The translations under genes and the position numbers were made by a program. Source: Chloropicon primus (Eukaryota). Taken from it: DNA of 64,000 bases. Where the stretch lies: contig CP060772.1 of assembly GCA_023205875.1 (NCBI GenBank), positions 248,001-312,000 on the forward strand, given 5' to 3'. The notes under the pieces are model-generated. The model had not been told where the DNA came from. It saw only the letters and a list, made by a program, of their open reading frames with translations, and ran no database searches. Below, in pieces: positions 53,897 to 64,000 of the stretch; position 1 is the first letter of the stretch; each line of letters begins with the position of its first letter.

Positions 53897-54978
53897 CTGC
53901 CACACTGCCTCCTTCCTCTCTCAAAGCAAACCTGCGAGCGTCAATTCGTTCGAAACCAGACAAGCGACCACCCAATCGAATTACCGCGAGTCCATTCTTC
54001 GTTTGGCACCTTCCCCTTCCCCTCTCGTCGCTCTCCTCGCCGCCACCGTCCTCGATAAGGTGAGCCACTCGGATGGTTTCTCCTTCACTTTCTGTCCTCT
54101 TCGTCGATCCCTCGACCACTCCGAGCGTCGATTTGGCCAACCAAGGGCTCTTTGGAAAGCTCTCGCGACGATTTTTTGTCTGACGTCGTCGACGCGAGTA
54201 ATCGTCCACAAAATAATCTCGCTAAGCCCTCTGCTTCACCCCTTGGCCGCCCTCTCTGTCTCACTGGCTGCTGCTCATCCCAAAGACAAATGTGAGCGGC
54301 GGAGAGGCCTGCTGATCCCAAGGACAAGTCAGGTGAGTTGAGCGCAATATGGAGGACGAGGACGGATGTAATGACGTCAAGAAACAGCTTGGAGGAATTT
54401 CATGTCTCGATATCTTTCCATAGAGCCGTCGCACGAAACAAATGGCGTCGTATTGAGCTTGAAACCTGAACATGATGATCATCTCGCTTCCTGTTTACTC
54501 CACTGGATTCCAGGTTGGTGCGTTTGATGGCACAGGCGAGAGGGAGGCGAAGCAAGGGGCAGAGGAGTTACGCATCTCGTAGCATCACGTCGTGATCTTT
54601 CGAATGATACCTCTCTTGAAGCGGTTGACTTCATTTTGAGGAAGCTGGAGACTGACGAGCGACTTCCCTCTGGGTGTTTGACAGAGGTCAACAAGGCAGG
54701 GGACTGAGGGGCACTGGCGGTGAGGAGGGCAAAGAGTCGGAGGCGTTGACCCATTTCAGGATTGGGACGCATCCTCATCAATCCCGAATCGGTCTTCTCT
54801 CTTTGCCATCCCTTGGGTTTCATGAAGGTCCTCCTCGGTGACCGAGAACGGAGTGAAGCAAGAACAGGGAAGGAGGGCCTGCGGTGTGTGGGGGGCGGCA
54901 GGTGTGGTCTGAGCCCAGGCCAAGCGTCGTGAGAACGTGATTGGTTTCCGCTGATCCAACACGAGAGCTTGGAGAAGG

Positions 54979-55824
54979 ATGCTGCCAACAACAACAACAA
55001 CGAGCAATGGGAATGGGCACCACTACCACAAGGGCAGCTATGGCAGCGTGAACCAGTTCTCCAAGATCATGTGGAGCTTGAAAAAGTTCTTCAGGCATGT
55101 CAAAGCGAGGCTCTCGAAAGAGAGCAAGATCAAGCTGATCGTCTACGCCATCTTCTTGCTGGTCAACGTGGCGTGGCTCGGCTCCACATTGATGGGCCTC
55201 GGGAGCGAAAGCGGTTACGACACGTCGCCGGGTGTGGCGAGGTCCGGGAGGAAGGGTAACGTCTGGGGGACAGCCGAGGGGAAGTCTCGGCACGGTCAGG
55301 GAGGTCAGAGAGGGAGGGGGGATGGGCAAGATCGCAACAGATCCGACCGCTCGGCGTCCAAGAGGAATGTGGATGACCTGGTTGAGTCGAAGGAGCACTG
55401 GCCCGGCGGGGACTTGGGTGGCATCGCCGTGAACGAGAACGTCATCCGTGCGAGAACGGGGGAGCAGATCAGCCTAGCGGCCAAGGTGGTGCACATCAAC
55501 ACGAGGAAGGATGCGGGAAGCGACTTGGTGATCGAGGGGGGGTCCATCCGCTTCAGCAGCGTCGGCAAGGAATTGCGCAGCATTCTGTGCACGCAGGAGA
55601 GGAGGGGCACGATCGTGTACCTCTCCGGAACCGGGCCAGATGCAGACCAGATGGTCGCCTGCTTGAGAGCCAGCACGGGCACTTTCGAATGGAAGGCCCT
55701 GGCCGTGAAGCGGATCGGACGTGAATGCCGTGATGGCGGGCTCGGCGCAGATCGTCGTCGGGCTCGGAAGCCGACTTGCCCGTGTCCGTGCAGGGAGGAG
55801 ATGCTGCGGGCATCTCAAACCTGA
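54979..55824 (+). CDS. Hypothetical single-pass membrane protein; C-terminus unreliable (runs into the duplication junction)
   Basis: Hydrophobic LIVYAIFLLVNVAWLGSTLMGL span and GC3 bias up to ~55710, then the sequence degrades. Confidence 0.55.
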   Translation: MLPTTTTTSNGNGHHYHKGSYGSVNQFSKIMWSLKKFFRHVKARLSKESKIKLIVYAIFLLVNVAWLGSTLMGLGSESGYDTSPGVARSGRKGNVWGTAEGKSRHGQGGQRGRGDGQDRNRSDRSASKRNVDDLVESKEHWPGGDLGGIAVNENVIRARTGEQISLAAKVVHINTRKDAGSDLVIEGGSIRFSSVGKELRSILCTQERRGTIVYLSGTGPDADQMVACLRASTGTFEWKALAVKRIGRECRDGGLGADRRRARKPTCPCPCREEMLRASQT

Positions 55825-55875
55825 TGAATGTGGACCGCGAAGACGGCATTACTGAGGGGCAGGCTGTCGAGTTTC

Positions 55876-57755
55876 GTTCATCAAGTCTTGCTTCAAGCGC
55901 CTCCTCCTCAAGTGCTACAGAGATTTGTATGTGAAGCAAGGCGCCCTGAAGCCAGCGAGCAAATTGGAGAACCCGCACTCTTGCAGAAACCAGTTGATTG
56001 ATGCCTCCATCTGCCTTTGCGCCATAACTCTGATGGAACTGAAAGCCCAGCCACCAGACAGGGACGCTCAGCCAAAGGAGTGCTTGCTCAGCGACGTGGT
56101 CCGGCTCTTTGGCTCGGTGCACAACATTGTCGTGGAAGTGCAGGCCCACGGGATAAGGGACGGCATCTTTCTGGATTTCGCGTTGCATCAGCTGAAGGTT
56201 CTCGGGGACTTGGCCAGCAAGGAATCTCAGAACGCGAGCGACGTCATGGGGGCCATTGAGTCTTCTTCCAAGCTCATGATCTTCTCGCTCTACGGGATCG
56301 ATCTTGGCCTTGATTGCGGAAGGAAGGTTTTGGACCACCCAGGGAGTGCTCTTTCCGCTGCAGAAGAGCTTGCCGCGACGCCTGGAAGCATGTTTACGAC
56401 TTTGCCCAAGTCGGTCAAAAGGAGCTCCATTCCCTGGATTTGTGCTTCGAGAACATTTTGAAGCACTATTCTGACGTTCCGCCTGGCTTGAAGAGCGAGA
56501 ACTTCCTGCAGGACGTGTTCAAGGATTTGGAGGCAGTGCTGGAGGACAAGGAGGGGCTGAGGTCTGCGACAAGGCGGCTCGAAAAGAGCAGGGATAGGGA
56601 GCTGCAAGGGATGTACCCCGAGGACGCCTCTATCTTCAGAAACATCTACCGCCTCCTTATCGAGTGCACCCCAGACGAGGCCATCCTCGAGGACTGCAAG
56701 CTGTACGCGGGCCACGCCATCAAGCCGGAGGGGCACGAGGACATCCGCAGGGGGTCGAAGCCCTACGTGAACCACATCCTGATGAATCCCATGGACGTTG
56801 AGGGCTGGCTGAATCTTGGGATCTTCCTTGATCAGGCGAAAGACCTGATACAGAACGACGCGGCCAAGCTCTTTTCTCCCAACCACTTGAGGGGGAGAAG
56901 GCAAAGGCCTCGCGCGTGGAGAATCTCCAAATGACGCGGACGTTACGGGACAGGATCGGGAAATCTCTGATCGTGGCTCACACTCTCCTAAGCGAGAGCG
57001 ACACCAAGGAGCTTCGAGAGAGTGTGCTGGACCTCCTTTCGCTCTGCATGTACGACGCGGTGCAGAACGTTCCCCCGGAGTACAACCAGGACAAGGACTC
57101 TTACGCCTACAAGCATTCCCTGCTGACTGCAAAGAGATCTTTCCAGGAGCTCAAGGAGTGCCGACACAGCGACTGGAGGCTGTGTCTTGGATTGGGAAAA
57201 GTTTTTGACAAGCTCGGGGAGCACGGGGAGGCTCAAGCCGAGTACCAGAGGGCCGTGGACTACTCGTCCGCAAAGTTGCTTGAGCCGCTGCACCGACTGC
57301 GCGCGTCGAAGCTCAAGGTGCTGGTGAAGGCTTACCACGACGGGGACCTGGCAGCCCAGGAGGACCTGGACGCCGCAATGGAGGAGCTGGGTGCCCAGAA
57401 GGACTACCCCCTCGAGGTACACCCTGGCCCGCGCTCTCTACGCCGTCAACAAGAGGGCGAAAGCTCTGGAGATGATCGAGCCGTTCTTTTCGGCGGGCAA
57501 AAATGGTGGCTTCAGGGTGAACATGTGGGAGGACGAGTGCCTGCGGCACGGCAGGGAGGAGAGCAGCAGGAAGCTGGTGTGCAGAGTCAGGAAGGCGCTC
57601 TCCTTTACATCCAGTGCCTCGTCCAGGCCAAAGACATCCAACGCATCAACGCCATGCACGTGTACCTGTCGAGGAACAGGGGTTGGGGCCAGTGCCTGAG
57701 CGACTTGCCCGTGATCCACAAGCTGTTCGCGATGGACCCTGATGAGTCAAGATAA
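55876..57755 (+). pseudogene. 5'-truncated, frameshifted copy of the CABIN1 3' half
   Basis: Same sequence as 42877-44761, with deletions near 56341, 56891, 57406 and 57601. Confidence 0.75.
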
Positions 57756-57932
57756 AGATAAGGATAACGGAGGGAAATCGTTGTAATCTATATATTAAGC
57801 CAGTTCATTATCAAACAAACTCATTATTATAGCATCACCGTTTGGTGCAAACGAAAACTTGGCATGCAAACACTTGGCTTCTTGGTATGGGTACAACTTC
57901 GCAGGGAAGCTTCGTAGGGGAGGGGGAAATTA

Positions 57933-58703
57933 TCAGTTGTGCGACGGGTCGCCGTTGTCGCGGGTTTGTCTGACCGCGAAGTACTGGAACGGCAGGGCAA
58001 CGGCTAAGGTCTGCACCTTGTCGAACTCCCCGCCAAAGGCCTCCACCTTGCCGCCCTGGACGGCATTGGGAACCCGGTCAAAGGGGTTGGCATTGGCGAT
58101 GGAAACCTGGGAGCCCGTGGCGATTGTCATTCTCCCGTCGGCATGCGAACCGAACGACGTCGTGTCCCCGGCCTTCTGCCCGCGAGGCATCTGCATCCCG
58201 GCGCTCGGGATCCCTGGCTGGCCAGGGGACGCCGGAACGAGAGGCGACACGGGCCCGCGGACTTCGGCGTAGGCGTTCTTCATGGTCCACGCATTGGACC
58301 CCCGCACCATTCCTGGCGTGAGTTTTGAGTGCTGCATGGACATCGCGGCCACTGGCGAGAATTCACCCGTGCCGGAGTTCTCGCTTTCCGCGATGTTGTC
58401 TCCCGTGCTCTGGCTGTAGGACCCCGCCCACGACGGGCTCGCGTACCCGACCGCAATGCTGGAGGAGTGGGAGTTGGCCATCCCTATCTCCAAGGCGTTC
58501 ACGGCGGCGTTGCCAGAGGACTCGATGTGCGTCGCTTGCGCGGGCTTCCCGATCGGCTTGCGGATCTTGTAGTTGGGCCTCCGGATGTGGTGGCGAGGGC
58601 CAGACCACGACGACGAAGCCAATGCCGAGGAGGTCGCCAGGCCGAGGAGGACCAGGAGGAGCATGGCCCTCGCGCTGGTAGTGGTGGTGGTGATGGAACT
58701 CAT
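57933..58703 (-). CDS. Second copy of the secreted protein at 44939-45712, with compensating deletions
   Basis: -1 and -2 deletions near 58323 and 58299 change THARNGAG to LTPGMVR but keep the ORF. Confidence 0.5.
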   Translation of the reverse strand: MSSITTTTTSARAMLLLVLLGLATSSALASSSWSGPRHHIRRPNYKIRKPIGKPAQATHIESSGNAAVNALEIGMANSHSSSIAVGYASPSWAGSYSQSTGDNIAESENSGTGEFSPVAAMSMQHSKLTPGMVRGSNAWTMKNAYAEVRGPVSPLVPASPGQPGIPSAGMQMPRGQKAGDTTSFGSHADGRMTIATGSQVSIANANPFDRVPNAVQGGKVEAFGGEFDKVQTLAVALPFQYFAVRQTRDNGDPSHN

Positions 58704-59654
58704 GTCGGCTCTCGATCTGTATTTTATTTCTTTCGGTGTGGGACTCCTATGTGGGCGACGGATCGTCCTTCAGAATGGCAGTTACGGGCGTTACGAAAGT
58801 CTCTACTAGCTTCCGAGACTCTAGGAGCGTTCTGCCATGGCAAACCATTTTTCGATTTCTTGAAAAATTTGGCAAAATTTTAGTGAATCACGTGGGCGAG
58901 GATTCGCACGAGAGCAGCGAGAGTGAACACGGAGATGATTACTATACAGATGAGATCATGACAGGGAGGGGAGGGGAGGGCTTCGAGTGTGGTGGACGAC
59001 TGACAATGGAAGCAGAAGGAGAAGAAGAAGAAGGAGAACAGGTGGTGGGTCCCCACGAGTCCAAGAGCTTGGGTTTCTCTCCCTCCTCCTCCGATTCTAT
59101 TTTAATTGGGTTTAGGTACTAATGCTACTAATGTGGGCTTGTGCCGCTTCGAGTACTTGCGGACGTCCATCGTCCCTCGATCTTTTGCGTTACGGAGCGC
59201 CTGGCCCGTTACCCTCGGGTGGGGTTTGAATTACCCATTTTCCCTCCCAAAAAACCAAATTGTTAATGATGGGGGTTCCCCACACCCCCCACGATACTTT
59301 CTTCTACATGATTGGTCGAGAATCCACGTTTGCTTACAATATAGTTGGTTTGGTTCTAGGGGTGTGTGCGCTCGACCGTAGGCGCCCTCGACGCCCTCGA
59401 CTCTCCTCCCACGCCACTGATCAGAACCGGTACATGGAGGAAGAGGAGCTCGACCTGCTGTACGAATTCGTCCTGCTGCTTGACCTCATCGAATAAAACG
59501 TTACACTTGTACTACAAAAAAAAAGTTGTTCTCAGACTTTTGTTCACGAATGATGGATGTACACAACAGGCAAGCAAGCAAGCAAGCACAACCCCAAGCG
59601 ATGCATGCTTGCATGCTCTCTCCCCCTCCCCCTCGATCTTCCAGGATGCGCGTA

Positions 59655-61380
59655 TCAAGCACCACCGCCCGCCGCCCAGCGAAGGGCGATGGGCTTGAGG
59701 ACACCGAGCCCGAGGCCGACGCAGAGGAACGTTGCGATGGTGTAGCCGAGGATTCCGGAAAGGAGGGCGGGAATGTAAAACGAGCGCCAAGACTTTGCGG
59801 CGCACATGGCAGCCGCGGTTGTGGGTCCCCCGACGTTCGCGTTGCTCGCCAGAAGGATCTCCTTGGTCGAGAACTTGAAGAAGAACTTGCCAATTCCAAG
59901 GATGAGCCCAAGGTGGGCGGAGACCTGCAGGAAGGAGAAGAGGAACACCAGGGGGGCCTTGCCGAGGACCTTGTGCACCGAGCCCCCGCAGCCCACGGCG
60001 GCGAAGAAGAATTGCATGATGAGCAGAGCCACGCCCTCCCCGGCGTCCGAGATGGTCTCCAGTCTCTTGGGCAAGGCCGTCGCCACAGTAACGGTGATCA
60101 GCGTGGCCAGGGGCACGAGCATTCCGGGCTTCCGGATCACGTGAGTGGCGAGGAAGGAGCTGGCAAGACAAATTATGGCAGAGAACCCGATGGCCAAGCC
60201 AGCTTCGTGGACGTCGATTGCACCCCGTCGTCGTGGCGGACGCCGATCCCTCTCCGTCTCGGAAGGGCCGCCCTCCCCCTCCCCCTCCGCGGCCTCGGGG
60301 CCGATGCCCTTCGCCAGGAAGAAGATCGCCATGAAGTAGAGCGCGCAGATCAAATTGTCTGCGGCCAACGCGGCCACCACAGTATCCGAGGTGACCTCCA
60401 GGGCAGTACTGACGCCCACGAAATTGACCGCGCCACCGATGTGCCTGCTCGCCAGAGCGCTCGCCACCTTCCAGCTGTCATGAACTCCCAAACTCCCCAC
60501 GAGCCCCTTCCCGAGAACCCAGAAGGATCCCATTGTGCTCAACAGCGTGCACAGAGAACCCAGGAGGAAAACTCCCAGCAGCCTCCTCGTCTCCTTCATC
60601 ACCCTCTTCAGATCCGCTTGCATCAGCAGTAACGGCACCGCCAACGGAAGCAGCACTCGGTTGACCACAATGTACACCTCACTGGTGGCAGGAGTGACAC
60701 CTGGAGCAAGCAAAGAAAGCAAAGCAAAACAATCAAGGAGAGGGAGAGAGAGAGAGAGAGAGTCAGCAAATTCCATGATGGATGATGGATGATGAATCAT
60801 GATGGTGGTGATGATGGTGATGGTGATGATGGTGGTGATGGTGATGGTGATGATGGTGGTGATGGTGATGGTGATGGTGCTGATGAGGAGGGGAGTGGAT
60901 GGTTGGGATGCATCGACTCTTTCTCTTTCCAATGATCCCCTCCACTTGCACACTTTTGCTCCCTATTGCTCCCTAAAGAGAGAGAGAGAGAGAGAGAGGA
61001 GGAGGATGGTGCTGACCTGTGTTTGTGAGGATGAGGCCCGCGAGCATGGCGAGCAAAGGTGCGGAGAGCATCTTAACGAAGCTGTTCCCCCTCCTCTCGA
61101 GAGTCATTCCTAATGTCCCCGAGACGCATACAGCCGCGAGATCCCTCCACGTGTCCACCGTCACCCTGGTGGTGGTCGAGATACATGGCCCTGACCCATC
61201 GTCCCTCCCATTCCATCGAAGTCCAAGGGGAAGCCGGAAGGAGGAGAGAGAAAGGATGCAACGGCGGTGATAGTGGTGGTGATGCTGTCGACATGCGGAC
61301 GCCGCCCTGGTAGTGGTGGTGACCCCCCTCCTCCTCCTGCTCCTGCTGCTGCTCCTGCTGCTGGTCCCCCTGGCAAGCAT
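59655..61380 (-). CDS. Second copy of the DUF819 membrane protein gene
   Basis: Translation matches that of 46664-48389. Confidence 0.65.
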
Positions 61381-61977
61381 TTTAGATGAGAATGGTGATG
61401 AAGGAGGGGAGGGGGTGATGGTGATGAAGGAGGGGTGATGGTGGAGGGACGGGGAGAGAGGGGGAGAGGAGGGGTCATGGATGGATGGATGTCTTGTCTC
61501 TTGCTCTTTCCAAAGAGCCCTCACTTGGGAGGAATGGTGACAGGGATCATGGCAAGGAGACAGACAGAGAGGTGATGATGATGATGATGATGGTGGAAGG
61601 AGGGGGTGATGGTGGAGGGAGGGGGAGAGGGAGAGGAGGGATCATGGATGGATGGATGCCTTGTCTCTTGCTCTTTCGAAAGAGCCCTCACTTGGGACGA
61701 ATGGGACGAATGGTGACATGGATCATGGTGAGGAGAGCATTGATGACGGCTTTGCTTTTGCTTTGCTTTGCCTTGGCTCATCGTCATCCACATGTCAACA
61801 GCAAACGAACGAACGAACAAACATAATAATAATAATAATAATAATGATAATTCTTTTCTTCTACATGATTGGTCGAGAATCCACGTTTGCTTACAATATA
61901 GTTGGTTTGGTTCTAGGGGTGTGTGCGCTCGACCATAGGCGCCCTCGACGCCCTCGACTCTCCTCCCACGCCACTGA

Positions 61978-63470
61978 TCAGAACCGGTACATGGAGGAAG
62001 AGGAGCTCGACCTGCTGTACGAATTCGTCCTGCTGCTTGACCTCATCTGGTACGCACCCCTTCCGCCCCCGGCTTTGAGGGTCTTCGGACGGTGCTTCAT
62101 GTCCTTGCACCTCTCGATGTGCCTCTCCGCAGCCGTCTCGTTGAACGTCCTGCCGCAGTGCGGGCAAGGGATCAATCCGTCGTCCACCGGCGTGGAGGAG
62201 GAGGACGAGCCTCCGAATCCCCCGTAGCTGCTGCTGCCGTCATTCACCCCCCTTGCCGCCATCATGGCCGCCCTGAACTGCTCGCTCTGGACTTTCCACT
62301 TTGGCTTGGAACCCCCAACGGGCCTGTCCTGGCCGAACTTTCCTCCCCTGGACCCCTGGACCTTCTTCTTCCTCGAGTTGTAACGCCCGTAACTCCCACC
62401 GCCGGAGGAGGAGGACCCCAAGCCGTCGTCCACCTTCTCCATCCCGGACATTCTAGCATCCTGGCTCGAGAACTTTGGCCTCTTGGACTTGAACACCTTT
62501 TGGCATATCTTCATGTGCTTCTCCAGGGCCTTGGGGTTGAAGGTACGGTCGCACGTCGGGCACCGGCTCAGCACCGCAGTGGACTCCTCGCTCGCTCCGC
62601 TGCTGAACGTATCCACCTCGGAAACGTTGGAGAAGTCGTACTTGAGTGGCTTGCCGCCGGTGCAGGATACAACTGCACCTTCTGTGGAGACTTGCTGCGA
62701 TGCGTCGAAGCCGCGTTCGGACCCGCCGCGTGGTGACCGTAGCTGCCGTGATGGTGGCCTTGACCGCAGGAATGGCCGTGACTTTGGTGTGACACCACAG
62801 GTTCTGACACCGTCCTCTTCAAGACGGTCCTCCTCTGCTCGTTCCTGTACCCGGACGTCGTCGTCCTCTCCCTCGAAGTGGTGAGCCTCGTCCGCAGGTT
62901 CTGGCCCGATGGCAAAGAAGACGAGTAACCATTGGCGTTGGTGGCCAGAACAGCGCTCGATCCAAACCTTTGCTGCATCCTCTCCCTGCTGCTTCCCCTC
63001 GATCCAAGCCTCGCTTTCAGGTTCGCCAAGCTGCTCGCGAGCTGGCCGCGCCCAAGGGACTGGCTCCTCTGCAAGGAACCGTTCGAGGACTGGCTCCTGA
63101 GTATAGCATTCTTGTTCTTCTGCTGGCTGCCAAAGGTGTTTCCAATGTAAGTCGAAGCCTTTCCATTGATGTTCTCGATATCGTTGCTGCGCACGGCTGC
63201 CGAGTACTGTCCAGCGTTGTACGCCGCACCCTCCGAGGGGTTCTCCTTCCTCCTTAAGGACAAGGAGGACATGTTGGAAGTGGTCACCGGAAGATTAGCC
63301 CTCTGCACGGCTTGCTCCGTCTGATCGAGGTTGTACTCCACGTTGTGCAGCCACTTGTCCACCTGAGACACGTTGTCGTACCCAACGCCGACCAAAGCCG
63401 TGGCCTTGTTGCCCCCAGCACCAAAGTTATCATATACCCCAGTATTGTTCAAGGAACTGTAAGGGGACAT
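61978..63470 (-). pseudogene. Second copy of the C2HC zinc finger gene with a 1-bp frameshift
   Basis: CTTGGAGT becomes CTTGAGT near 62645, splitting the ORF into 62568-63482 and 61978-62616. Confidence 0.65.
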
Positions 63471-64000
63471 GGTGACGGCCACAAAATCCTAATCCAATCC
63501 TTCAGTCACCTCAACGCCTCTCTCTGTCTCTGTCTCTGTCTCTGTGTGTCAACGAAGACGAAGACGACTCAATTATCAATTGATCTGTCTGTTGTCTCAA
63601 CGGCCTCTAAAGGTACGAGCAAGTCTCTCCCCCAAGGGAAGGGAAACTCAAGACGAATCCAATGGTGTCGAATCCCAATGAAAAATGATGTCGAGTGATC
63701 AGCTCAAACACGCGCCTCCCGTTTTTGCTCTGCCCCCTTTGCTTTCCCTCTCCCTGCCCTTTGGCTGGATGGACGGGTTGGTGATCTAAACCACTGGGTT
63801 TGGAGTTTCGAGCAACTTGCAGTGAATGAAACGACGCGAGACTTGGCACGGATCCAAGTTGCGAGTATCCCGATCGAATGACACCGCCCTTGGCAAAAAT
63901 GAATCGGTATGGGACCTACTGGGACCAACCAATGTTACGCCTCTCCTCGCTCCTCAATGGACCTCGATGGACCTCGATGGGCTCAAGGAAATTCGCTCCT

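Larger units (their letters stand above)
55876..64000. repeat. Near-identical direct copy of 42877-51005 (at least 8.1 kb, runs off the window end)
   Basis: Offset 12999 drifting to 12995. Six deletions in G/C/T runs, one 5-bp insertion and at least two substitutions. Confidence 0.97.

Noticed and set aside
56314..57755. Programmed frameshifting in the CABIN1 copy
   Set aside because: The shifts are deletions in base runs relative to the intact copy 13 kb upstream, best explained as sequence error or decay.

Overview
Gene-dense, GC-rich eukaryotic nuclear DNA, most consistent with a small green alga. Evidence: few short GT-AG introns, TGTAA poly(A) signals, a PSTALRE-type CDKB, plant-type WNK/fibrillin/iPGAM genes and microsatellite-rich UTRs. 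A Chloropicon/prasinophyte-like genome is an inference. About 20 intact genes lie in 1-55.8 kb: MYND+CS protein, WNK kinase, APC4, STRAP, CUL3, CDKB, TrmJ-like methylase, fibrillin, M11-like metalloprotease, two ankyrin proteins, paladin, VPS51, iPGAM, CABIN1, DUF819, C2HC zinc finger, SET/MYND, and three unknown secreted or membrane proteins. There is also an intron-containing tRNA-Ser(AGA) and a broken RPC34 fragment. The last ~8.1 kb (55876-64000) nearly repeats 42877-51005, with homopolymer deletions and a chimeric junction, so it is probably a haplotype or assembly duplicate. The most interesting non-coding signals are a 4x92-bp internally palindromic tandem array, a recurrent CTTTC[C/G]AAAG element at gene 5' ends, a degenerate telomere-like CCTAA tract, a ~2-kb AT-rich gene-free island, and a 193-bp direct repeat bracketing the DUF819 gene. 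No clearly novel multi-gene system could be established from sequence alone.
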